Shown one piece after another: positions 28,363 through 36,519 of a stretch of 64,000 nucleotides of DNA. The position numbers were made by a program, and so were the translations under genes. The stretch lies in contig CAVRUC010000007.1 in NCBI GenBank assembly GCA_963724295.1, forward strand, positions 802,576 to 866,575. Reading direction: 5' to 3'. This stretch comes from an uncultured Chloroflexia bacterium (lineage in GTDB: Bacteria; Chloroflexota; Chloroflexia; Thermomicrobiales; UBA6265). The notes below the pieces were generated by a model. It saw only the letters and a list, made by a program, of their open reading frames with translations. It was not told the DNA's origin and made no database searches. The number at the start of each line of letters is the position of its first letter. Positions within the stretch are counted from its first letter, which is position 1.

Positions 28363-29155
28363 ATGGTTCAGCATGGACAGGGCCCCAACGGGCCGATCCC
28401 CGTACCAGCAAAGACAACCCGCCGTGCGGTCGTCGGCTGGACGGCCAAGCTCGCCGCGGGCGCACTGGCGGCCGCGATCCCCGCGGGTCACCTGGTGCAG
28501 ACAGCGCGGGCTCAGCGATGACGAGGTGATCCTCATCGCGGGTGGCGCGCAGGTCAGCGCCCGCCCGGGATCCGCGACAGCACGCGGGGCGGCAGCAGAG
28601 GCGGTGGCCGCTCGCGGCGCGGCTCGCGTGCAGGCCGCGGCGGCCCTTGCCGAGGCCGACAGCGAGCAAGGCGCAATCGCGCAGGGCGCCGCGGCCTCCG
28701 CCGTGGCCATTCCGGGTCAAGGCGCCACTGCGCAAAGCGCGTCCGCCGTTGCCTCAGCCTCGAGTCAGGATGACGTCGCCGAAACCCCACCGGCAGCGCC
28801 GAAAGTCGTTGCTCCAGCCGCTCCCGCGGCCGGTGCAGGTGGTGGCGGAGGCGGAGGCCGTGGCGCTCGTGCCGCTCGCGCAGGTGGCGGCGGTGGGCGT
28901 CGCGTCCGAGGCGGCGGTGGCGGTGGTGGCCGTGTTCGCGGTGGGCGCCGGGCAGGGCGCGCCGGTGTCGGTGGTGAGAGAGGCCGCCGCGAGCGGGCCG
29001 ATTCGCTACCATCGACCGGTGTCGGCCAGCTGGATGCGAATTCGCTACCCTCGGTCTTCACGATCGCATCGGCGGTCGCCGCGCTCAGCGCGGTCGTCTT
29101 GCGGGATCGCGGCGAAACCGCTGCTCAGACTGCCGAAGTCGTCAGCAACGGCTGA
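28363..29155 (+). CDS. Paralogous Tat-exported Ala-repeat protein with LPSTG signal; apparent 1-nt insertion at about 28516
   Basis: ATG 28363 after GAGGA gives MVQHG..TTRRAVVGW..TARAQ; removing one C joins DDEVILIAGG, aligning with DDDTIVLTAGG of the upstream paralog; Gly/Arg linker, LPSTG, TM, RDR. Confidence 0.72.
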
Positions 29156-29184
29156 CCGGCCGGCGTCGAATCGGCACGTAAAGC

Positions 29185-29217
29185 GAACCCGGCTGGCGAT
29201 TGACGCCAGCCGGGTTC
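29185..29217. terminator. 14-bp perfect hairpin between convergent genes
   Basis: GAACCCGGCTGGCG-ATTGA-CGCCAGCCGGGTTC. Confidence 0.7.
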
Positions 29218-29271
29218 CTCATGCTTGGTATCGGAGTGCTGGTGTCCGGCGCGAATCAGCGCTTTGCGCCA

Positions 29272-29347
29272 GACGAGAGTCGGAGGTCGGGAGTCGGAAG
29301 TCGGGAGAACGGACCTCCGACCTCCGACGTCCGACCTCCGACCCGTC
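29272..29347. repeat. Inverted array of 7-mers, (GTCGGRR)x4 / (STCCGAC)x4
   Basis: GTCGGAG GTCGGGA GTCGGAA GTCGGGA ... CTCCGAC CTCCGAC GTCCGAC CTCCGAC. Confidence 0.85.
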
Positions 29348-29373
29348 AGTCACCACCGGGGTCCGGCGCCGAT

Positions 29374-29439
29374 CTAGAAGACCCAGACCAGCAGGATGAT
29401 GACGATGATTACCAGGAGCAATCCGCCACCGATATACAT
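29374..29439 (-). CDS. 21-aa single-TM small protein MYIGGGLLLVIIVIILLVWVF
   Basis: ATG 29439 to TAG 29374; AAAAGGAGGTG RBS 8 nt upstream; below the ORF-track size cutoff. Confidence 0.75.
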   Translation of the reverse strand: MYIGGGLLLVIIVIILLVWVF

Positions 29440-29568
29440 GGCCTACGCACCTCCTTTTCGGTCTATACCGCAGGAACCGCGCCAGCCTGTTCCGGCAGAT
29501 GACGCCAAACTTGTGGCAGGTTGGAACCCAGCCTGCGCGGGGAGACGTGCGATCGGCTCCGGAACGGT

Positions 29569-30801
29569 CTATTTTTCTGCCTTACCCGCGCCGGGACCAA
29601 GGAATGCCAGCGCCGCCAGCGCGTACGCTCGTGTCGCTTCCAGCACCTCGTCGATGCCGACCCATTCGTCGGGGACATGCGCCAGGCGCGGATCGCCCGG
29701 CCCGTAGATGATGGTCGGGTAGCCCGCCGCGGCAAAGTGCCGGCCGTCCGACGCCATGCTGAACCCGGTCAGCTCCGTCGACAGGCCGAGAAACGCATTC
29801 GCGGCGAGCATCGCGCGCGCCAGGGCGCCGTTCGGATCACTCATGGTGGCCGCGAACCTGTCCTCGGCCGGGATCACCTGGACATCGGTCCCGGCTACGC
29901 CGGCGACTGCTTCTTCGGCGATGGCCCGGATCTCGGCGGTCGTCGCGACGGGGTCCTCGCCGGGGATCAGGCGGCGATCGACAAAGATCGCGCAGCGATC
30001 CGGGACGACATTTGACTTCACGCCTCCGTCGATCATGTTCACCGAGGCGGACGACGGCATGAAATAGGGATGGGTCCGCTCGGCAAGGCGCGGCTGCAGC
30101 TCCTCAGCCAGCGCGCTGATGACCCGCGCCATCCCCTCGATGGCGTTGGCGCCTTCCCAGGGCAGAGCGCCGTGCGCGGTGCGTCCGCTGACGACGATTT
30201 CGACCCCGGCCGTCCCCTTCTCCCCTACCGCTACCTGGTTCAGCGTCTGCTCGCCGACGATGACGCCATCCGGACGGAGACCGGCCGCGGCGATGAGATG
30301 GAGGGCTCCGGCTCCCGAGGTCTCCTCATCCGCCACCTCGGTGACCACCAGCCGGCCGCGCAGCGGCACCCCCGAGCGCGCCAGCGCGATAGCGCCCATG
30401 ACCTGAGCGGTGACGCTGGCCTTGTCGTCCCCCGCACCGCGCCCATAGACCCGGCCATCGGCCACCTCCGCCGCGAAAGGCGGGTGCGACCAGGCCGCCT
30501 CGTCGCCGGTCGGCACCACGTCGAGATGGGCGTTGAAGCAGAGCGTCGGGGTATCCGCGGCTCCCCACTCCGCAACGATGTTCGGCTTTCCCGGTTCGTG
30601 CGCCAGGGTCCGGATCGCGAAGCCGGCCTCTGCCAGAGGGCGCTCGCAGACCGCGGCCGCCTCGACGACGTCGCCCGGAGGATTGACCGACGGCGCCCGC
30701 ACGAGCTCGCGCAGGAAGGCGATCGTTTCGTCGGGATCGATCGCGGCCAGCACCGCACGGGCATCGTTGTCGCGAATTCCGACCGGGAACGATTGGTCCA
30801 C
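29569..30801 (-). CDS. M20 metallopeptidase (ArgE/DapE family)
   Basis: FNAHLDVVP, GRGAGDDK, DEE, GEQT, G..AHG, AHVPDE; GTG 30801 with AAGGAG. Confidence 0.9.
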   Translation of the reverse strand: MDQSFPVGIRDNDARAVLAAIDPDETIAFLRELVRAPSVNPPGDVVEAAAVCERPLAEAGFAIRTLAHEPGKPNIVAEWGAADTPTLCFNAHLDVVPTGDEAAWSHPPFAAEVADGRVYGRGAGDDKASVTAQVMGAIALARSGVPLRGRLVVTEVADEETSGAGALHLIAAAGLRPDGVIVGEQTLNQVAVGEKGTAGVEIVVSGRTAHGALPWEGANAIEGMARVISALAEELQPRLAERTHPYFMPSSASVNMIDGGVKSNVVPDRCAIFVDRRLIPGEDPVATTAEIRAIAEEAVAGVAGTDVQVIPAEDRFAATMSDPNGALARAMLAANAFLGLSTELTGFSMASDGRHFAAAGYPTIIYGPGDPRLAHVPDEWVGIDEVLEATRAYALAALAFLGPGAGKAEK

Positions 30802-30930
30802 GCGGCGCGCTCCTTGCAAGTGCATGGGGTGCGGCAACTGACGGATCAGTGTCGAGGGGCCAGTATACTGGCGGTCCGATGGCATATTTCGGCTATAGCC
30901 GCGGATCGCGGCGACGAAAAGGAGCGACTG

Positions 30931-31470
30931 ATGGCGAAGAAAGTAGCGATGGTCCTGGCGAACAGTTTCGAAGACTCCGAGGCGATCGACCCGAAGAACT
31001 ACCTCGAATCGCTTGGCGCCGAGGTCGTGACGATCGGCGAGACCAGGGGGACCGTCCAGGGGAAGAAGGGCGGCGAGCTCGAGGTTGAGCGGACGTTCGA
31101 CGAGGTAACGCCGGACGAGTTCGACATGCTCGTCATCCCCGGCGGCGGCGCTCCCGAGAACCTGCGGATCGTCGATCAGGCGGTGGCCTTTACGCGGCGT
31201 TTCGTCGAATCCGGGAAGCCGGTGGGCTCGATCTGCCACGGTCCGCAGCTCCTCATCTCGGCCAGGGTGCTCGACGGGCGCACGGTCACCAGCGTGAAGA
31301 AGATCCGTGATGACGTCATGAACGCCGGCGCTAACTATGTCGACGAGCCGCTGGTCATCGACGGCAATCTGATTACCTCTCGCGTTCCGGGCGACTTGCC
31401 GCAGTTCAACGAGGCGCTGGGTCAGGCCATCGGGCTGGGCCAGAAGGCTCCCGCCCTCGTCGGGTCGTAG
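30931..31470 (+). CDS. PfpI/DJ-1 family protein (YraA/YhbO-like)
   Basis: FEDSE, IPGGGAP, ICHGPQ, DGNLITSR; AAGGAG RBS. Confidence 0.93.
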   Translation: MAKKVAMVLANSFEDSEAIDPKNYLESLGAEVVTIGETRGTVQGKKGGELEVERTFDEVTPDEFDMLVIPGGGAPENLRIVDQAVAFTRRFVESGKPVGSICHGPQLLISARVLDGRTVTSVKKIRDDVMNAGANYVDEPLVIDGNLITSRVPGDLPQFNEALGQAIGLGQKAPALVGS

Positions 31471-31525
31471 CCGGTTCGCGGCCGCGTACCGCTCGCGATG
31501 AGCGCCGGGGTGAAGGCACCGACTG

Positions 31526-32395
31526 TTGCCAGTGACTAACGCGATCGAGACGATTTCCGGACCTTCGCTCCCTGTCGACGCCCTGCGCCGGCTGCGAGAG
31601 GCGAAGGCCTGGATCTTCGACATGGACGGCGTCCTCTACCGGGGCGCCGAGGTGCTGCCGGGCGTCAAGGAGCTGCTCGACGCCCTGACATTGCGCGAGC
31701 GCCCGGTGATGCTGGCGACCAACAACTCGATGTCGACGCCGGAGGCCTACGAGCGCAAGCTGGCGGCGATGGGGCTCGAGATTCCGGCCAGCGCCGTCAT
31801 CACCTCGGCCCTGGCAACACGCGACTACCTGCTGCAAACGCTTCCTGAGGGAGCCGGCATCTACGTCATCGGGATGCCTGCCCTGCGCGAGCAGCTGTTC
31901 GAAGGGACCTCGTTTCACCCCGTGCAATACGGCGAGGAGCAACCCGCGGCGGTGGTGATCGGTCTCGATCTGGAATTCACCTACGCCAAGCTCAAGGCCG
32001 CGCACGAGGCGCTCCAGCGCGGGGCGCTCTTCATCGCCACGAATGCCGATTCGACACTGCCCACGGAAGCGGGTCTGGTGCCAGGAGCCGGGAGCATCGT
32101 CGCCGCGTTGGCGGCAGCCAGCGGTCAACAGCCGATCGTCATCGGCAAACCGGAGACGCCGATGTTGCAAACGGCGATGACGCGCATGGGTACGCAACCA
32201 GCGGAGACCGTCATGCTCGGCGACCGTCTCGATACCGACATCCTGGCCGGCGAGCGGGCCGGCATGCCGACGGTGCTGGTCCTGACCGGCGTCTCGACGC
32301 GGGAAGACCTGAGCTCGGCCGAGGCGTTGCCGGACGTCGTGGTCTCCGATCTCCCGTCGCTGGTGGAGGCGATTACCGCGGAGCCGGCCCCGTGA
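31526..32395 (+). CDS. HAD subfamily IIA hydrolase (NagD-like)
   Basis: FDMDGVL, TNNS, ATNAD, GKP, GDRLDTDI. Confidence 0.93.
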   Translation: MPVTNAIETISGPSLPVDALRRLREAKAWIFDMDGVLYRGAEVLPGVKELLDALTLRERPVMLATNNSMSTPEAYERKLAAMGLEIPASAVITSALATRDYLLQTLPEGAGIYVIGMPALREQLFEGTSFHPVQYGEEQPAAVVIGLDLEFTYAKLKAAHEALQRGALFIATNADSTLPTEAGLVPGAGSIVAALAAASGQQPIVIGKPETPMLQTAMTRMGTQPAETVMLGDRLDTDILAGERAGMPTVLVLTGVSTREDLSSAEALPDVVVSDLPSLVEAITAEPAP

Positions 32396-32973
32396 TCGAC
32401 GAACTGATCGCCGCGGTTCTGGAGCAGCTGTACGCGGAAGACGCCGCTCAGCGTGCCGCCAACCTCCCCTCGTCCCAGCGCACGCGCAACGTCGAACGCG
32501 AGACTGGTCACTGGCTCGCGCTCATCGTCCGCACCATGAATGCACCGCAGGTACTGGAGATCGGGTCATCGAACGGCGTTTCAACCATCTGGCTGGCCGC
32601 GGCAGCACGGCAGAACGGGGGCCGGGTCACCGGGACCGAGATCCTTCCCGAGCGCGCTGTGGAAGCGAACGGCAACCTGGCGGCCGCCGGATTGGACGCG
32701 GTGGCGCGGGTCGTGGCCGGCGACGCGCGGACGACCGTGGCCAGCCTTCCCGGATCCTTCGACCTCGTCTTCATCGACGCCGAGAAGGACGATTATGTCG
32801 ATCACCTGGACGCCGTCGTCGACCGGGTGCGGATCGGCGGCCTCATCCTGGCAGACAACGTGATCTCGCACGACGTGTCGGCCTATCAGGCGTCGGTGCG
32901 AGCGCGCGGCAACCTCGAGACGGTAACGATCCCGCTCAACCGGGGCGTCGAGTTCACCCTGAAAACGGCGTAG
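32392..32973 (+). CDS. SAM-dependent O-methyltransferase (YrrM/CCoAOMT-like)
   Basis: VLEIGSSNGVS, FDLVFIDAEK, LILADNV. Confidence 0.9.
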   Translation: MIDELIAAVLEQLYAEDAAQRAANLPSSQRTRNVERETGHWLALIVRTMNAPQVLEIGSSNGVSTIWLAAAARQNGGRVTGTEILPERAVEANGNLAAAGLDAVARVVAGDARTTVASLPGSFDLVFIDAEKDDYVDHLDAVVDRVRIGGLILADNVISHDVSAYQASVRARGNLETVTIPLNRGVEFTLKTA

Positions 32974-32978
32974 TCCTG

Positions 32979-33007
32979 TTGTTCGGGCCAGGCCATGCTG
33001 CTACAAT
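32979..33007 (+). promoter_or_regulatory. Extended -10 promoter of the stable-RNA cluster
   Basis: TTGTTC, 17 bp, TACAAT preceded by TG-C. Confidence 0.6.
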
Positions 33008-33035
33008 TGATTGGCTCGTTTGGGGTCGATTGCGT

Positions 33036-33108
33036 GCCGGCCTAGCTCAGTTGGTAGAGCAGCTGTTTCGTAAACAGCAGGTCTCCGGTTCGAGTCCGGA
33101 GGTCGGCT
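33036..33108 (+). tRNA. tRNA-Thr(CGT)
   Basis: GCCGGCC/GGTCGGC acceptor, GCTGT-TTCGTAA-ACAGC anticodon arm, TTCGAGT. Confidence 0.97.
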
Positions 33109-33138
33109 CCGGCCCCCTCGATGGCGGGCGCACAACAG

Positions 33139-33222
<84 letters not shown>

Positions 33223-33233
33223 CCGCGGACGGG

Positions 33234-33319
33234 CGTGGGTGACAGGGTCGCTGGGTCGTAGGGTGCTGGGGAATCGCTTCTCCCTGCCACCTTGATACCC
33301 CGCCACCCTGCCACCCACG
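33234..33319. repeat. Inverted array of 8-mers (4+4 units) between tRNA-Leu and rnpB
   Basis: GGTGACAG GGTCGCTG GGTCGTAG GGTGCTGG ... CTGCCACC TTGATACC CCGCCACC CTGCCACC, closed by CGTGGG/CCCACG. Confidence 0.7.
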
Positions 33320-33348
33320 AAGCGTCCCGCACATTGACAACCGAGGCA

Positions 33349-33690
33349 TAGGGTGGGCAAGGATGGTCGCTGGCGTTTCGGCGCCAGAGGAAAGTCCGAG
33401 CTGCACAGAGCACGGGTGCCCGGTGAAAGCCGGGGAGGCGCGCGGGGAACCGCGCGTCGACAGTCCAGATTGGCGCGCGGGAGACCGCGCGAGAGCAACA
33501 GAGACCAATACCGGTTTACCGGGGTGAAAAGGGCAATCCTCCCCGCAGCAATCTCCGAATCGGCCGCTAGCAGGTTGCTCGCCGAGGCCGGAAGTCGAGA
33601 GCCGCCACGAAGGCGACGACGTGGCCGGTCCCTTTTGGGGCCGAGAGAGATGACCATCGGGAACAGAACTCGGCTTACTCTCCCACCCTA
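33349..33690 (+). ncRNA. rnpB: RNase P RNA
   Basis: GAGGAAAGTCCGAG and AACAGAACTCGGCTTA (P4), P1 TAGGGTGGG/CCCACCCTA, GCAACAGAGAC, GGTGAAA. Confidence 0.95.
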
Positions 33691-33704
33691 TTCCTCACCG
33701 TCAT

Positions 33705-33781
33705 GGTGCCTATAGCTCAATTGGCAGAGCGCTTGTCTGTGGAACAAGAGGTTGCGGGATCGTGCCCCGCTAGGCACCCCA
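33705..33781 (+). tRNA. tRNA-His(GTG) with encoded G-1 and CCA; T loop ATCGTGC
   Basis: G + GTGCCTA/TAGGCAC + C73 + CCA; CTTGT-CTGTGGA-ACAAG. Confidence 0.94.
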
Positions 33782-33806
33782 GGAAATGCAAGGGACAGAG
33801 CCAAAT

Positions 33807-33843
33807 AATGAGACCGGGCAATTGATTCGCCCGGTCTCATTTC
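33807..33843 (+). terminator. Terminator of the stable-RNA cluster
   Basis: AATGAGACCGGGC / GCCCGGTCTCATT 13-bp stem followed by T-rich bases. Confidence 0.7.
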
Positions 33844-34001
33844 GGTTTGACTCAGATCAGAATTGCGCCCAGGGTGTGGCTGCAGACCCGTGATACCCTC
33901 CTGATCGGGATGCGTGTGCGCCGCGTCTTGTGGAACGTTGGCCACATGAGAAATGCAGACAGCAGCCCAGCATGACTTCGCGCAGACCCAGGGGGGTAGA
34001 T

Positions 34002-34616
34002 ATGCAGTCGATCCAGGGTGCACTGGCTGATCGACCACTCGTCAATCTTGTCGGAGAGCACGTTGCGTTGGGCCCTCTGTCGCGCACGCTGTTGTCGCTC
34101 TACCGCGCCTGGATGAACGACATCGCCACTCAGGGATCGGCTGGATACCCTCGCAGTCCCGAGCCGTGGACCGAGGAGCGGATGGCGCAGTGGTATGAGC
34201 AAGCCGCGACCGATCGAGAGATGAACTTCTTCGCCATCTACGAGACGGGTGCCTGGCGGCCTATTGGGTTCTGTGTCCTGCGTGACATGGACCTGCGTCA
34301 CCGCACCGCTGAGTTTGGTCTCACCATCGGTGACCGTGCCGACCGCGGAAAGGGCTATGGCACCGAGGCTGTTACGTTATTACAGGATCTGGCCTTCACC
34401 GGGTATGGTCTGAACAACATGCAACTCCGAGTCTATCAGTGTAACCAAGCTGGCCCGCGTGCGTATAACAACGCCCGGTTCAAAGAGATCGGTCGCCGCC
34501 GACGCTCCTATTTCATGGGTGGCAGATTCTGGGACGTGATTCTTATGGATTGCCTTGCCGAGGAGTTTAGAAGTCCAGTGCTTGACCGTGTATTGGCCTC
34601 GGACACCCCGCACTGA
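34002..34616 (+). CDS. GNAT acetyltransferase (RimJ/RimL/SpeG-like)
   Basis: RTAEFGLTIG, RGKGYGTEA, F.EIGR.R, DVILM. Confidence 0.88.
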   Translation: MQSIQGALADRPLVNLVGEHVALGPLSRTLLSLYRAWMNDIATQGSAGYPRSPEPWTEERMAQWYEQAATDREMNFFAIYETGAWRPIGFCVLRDMDLRHRTAEFGLTIGDRADRGKGYGTEAVTLLQDLAFTGYGLNNMQLRVYQCNQAGPRAYNNARFKEIGRRRRSYFMGGRFWDVILMDCLAEEFRSPVLDRVLASDTPH

Positions 34617-34750
34617 CCGCTAGGTCAAGTCTCGATCTGCTTGATGGGGCTGAAGGACGTGGCACATGCAAAAGTGGTCGACGCCACAGCCGAGCTCTCG
34701 GCGAACGACGGGGCCATCGAGCCACGCCTACTGCACGATGTCTTGGCTCG

Positions 34751-35443
34751 TCATCCTGCGGCGAGGCGCTTCCGCACGATGATGGCGCCGTGTTCCAGCC
34801 GCGGACTCGGATGGTGCTCCAGATAGCGCAGCGCCTTCTCCTCGAACATGAAGCCGAGCACGCGCTGAGCTTCGGCCAGCGACGGGAAGACGAAGGGGGC
34901 TTTGATGACGTCGATCAGATCGAACCCGTGCGACTGATACCAGAGGAACGTCTGGTGGTCGTTGGCTTGCTCGTCTGGCCCACGCAGATCCATGAACTCG
35001 CTGGCCCAGTGGGTTTCCACGGCCCAGATCGCGCCGCCAGGCTTGATGACGCGATGGATCTCGCCCATGGCTCGTTCCTTTGCCTCCGGTGGCCCTATGG
35101 CGCCGATTGCCCACGTGCCGAAGACCAGATCAACAGCGTGGTCAGGGAGGGGGATCTCCTGGGCATCGGCTTGCAGGAACGTGAGGTTGGCGGTATCGGC
35201 GTTGCGCTGCCTGGCTTTGGCGAGCATGCTCTCGGAGACCTCAAGCGCGACGTAGGCCGTCGTCTCGGGCGCGATGGCTTGCGCGTAGTATCCGAGGCCG
35301 CACCCGATCTCGAGAACAGTCTTACCCGCGAAAGGAACAATCTCGAGCACGCGGTGCCACACCTTGCCCTCGGGATCAAAGGCGGCGCCGAAGGCCTCAT
35401 AGATATCGACGTCCGAGGTGTAGGTCTTCTCCCAGTGTTCCAT
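34751..35443 (-). CDS. Class I SAM-dependent methyltransferase
   Basis: VLEIGCGLG, ADAQEIPL, HRVIKPGG. Confidence 0.88.
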   Translation of the reverse strand: MEHWEKTYTSDVDIYEAFGAAFDPEGKVWHRVLEIVPFAGKTVLEIGCGLGYYAQAIAPETTAYVALEVSESMLAKARQRNADTANLTFLQADAQEIPLPDHAVDLVFGTWAIGAIGPPEAKERAMGEIHRVIKPGGAIWAVETHWASEFMDLRGPDEQANDHQTFLWYQSHGFDLIDVIKAPFVFPSLAEAQRVLGFMFEEKALRYLEHHPSPRLEHGAIIVRKRLAAG

Positions 35444-35703
35444 CGTCGATGATCCTCGTATCCGCTGCGTCGTTCGATGAAACAGCGTCTGTGTTGGCTG
35501 CAGGGGTCGATCATGGGCGTTACCGGAACCCGTTGGGTAATCCTCTAGAATGAGGGCAACCACCCGTGGACACGGAGCCGGCAGCATTCTGCTCCCTGAT
35601 AGACCTGTCGGAACTGACCACGCTCCTCTCGCACCCCGCGGCCCTCCAGGACAAGACAGCGCAGCTTCAAAGGCTGACTGCAGTGTGGTTTCCGACCGTG
35701 TGA

Positions 35704-36519
35704 CTAACCCGCTGTGGTGATTTCTGCCTGTGCCAATATCAGCTTCAGGTTAGCGAGACTTCGTCGAATGTCCCGATAGGCGTTCGCTGGATCGTCCTCT
35801 TGCTCGACGATGAACCATTCAGTGCCGGCTGCCTTCGCCACCGCCATCACCTCGTGCCAGGGCGTTACGCCATCGCCGATCGTGGTGTCTTTCTGGTCGG
35901 TTCCCGCCGCCAGCTCTTTGGCGTGCAGTGTCGGCACCCGTCTGGCAAGCTGTCGGATCAGCGCTACCGGATCAGCACCACCAACCAGAGCCCAATAGAT
36001 GTCGATCTGAAAATCGACCAGCGCAGCATCAGTCCCTGAGGTAAGTAGGTCGAGAATGGTCGAACCGTCCGCCGGCTCTAACTCCCAGCCATGGTTGTGG
36101 TAGCCGAATCGCAATCCAGCCGCCTTGCTTTCTGCCCCCCATTGGTTGAAATTTTCAATCAAATATGGCGCCGACTCGATTCCGCGCATCTCCTTCGGGA
36201 TCCCGGGAACGATGGCGTAATCGCAGCCTAGGACGCTTAGCTCTTCGAGCACGGCCCCGGGGTCTGCCACCATGCGTTGAAATGGGACGTGCGAGCTGAT
36301 TGCCCGAAGTCCCAGATCGTCGACGATCGTCCGTAACACCGAAGCGTCCAACCCTCCGTAGCCCGCGAATTCGACAGCGTCATAGCCTGCGTCCGCGACA
36401 CCTTTCAGCATGCCGACGAAGTCGTCGCCTGCCTGCTCGCGGAGCGTATACAACTGCAGTGCAATCCCTATGCTCATCCTGGCCCCATCTGCCCTCGGAC
36501 TATCCCAATTCGTGTTCAC
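35704..36519 (-). CDS. Sugar phosphate isomerase/epimerase (xylose isomerase-like TIM barrel)
   Basis: LQLYTLR, VEFAG, YHNH..E, D.YW, HAKE, IVEQE. Confidence 0.9.
   Translation of the reverse strand: MNTNWDSPRADGARMSIGIALQLYTLREQAGDDFVGMLKGVADAGYDAVEFAGYGGLDASVLRTIVDDLGLRAISSHVPFQRMVADPGAVLEELSVLGCDYAIVPGIPKEMRGIESAPYLIENFNQWGAESKAAGLRFGYHNHGWELEPADGSTILDLLTSGTDAALVDFQIDIYWALVGGADPVALIRQLARRVPTLHAKELAAGTDQKDTTIGDGVTPWHEVMAVAKAAGTEWFIVEQEDDPANAYRDIRRSLANLKLILAQAEITTAG

Noticed and set aside
30070..31623. Long N-terminal extensions implying overlap of the M20 peptidase and PfpI genes
   Set aside because: RBS-supported starts at 30801 (-) and 30931 (+) give ordinary divergent genes.
33334..33339. 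TTGACA just upstream of rnpB as its own -35
   Set aside because: Only 9 nt before the P1 helix, and no -10 box at 16-18 bp.
33760..35600. Island integrated at tRNA-His
   Set aside because: No integrase next to it and no duplicated tRNA-His 3' end found by eye; cannot be excluded without a search.
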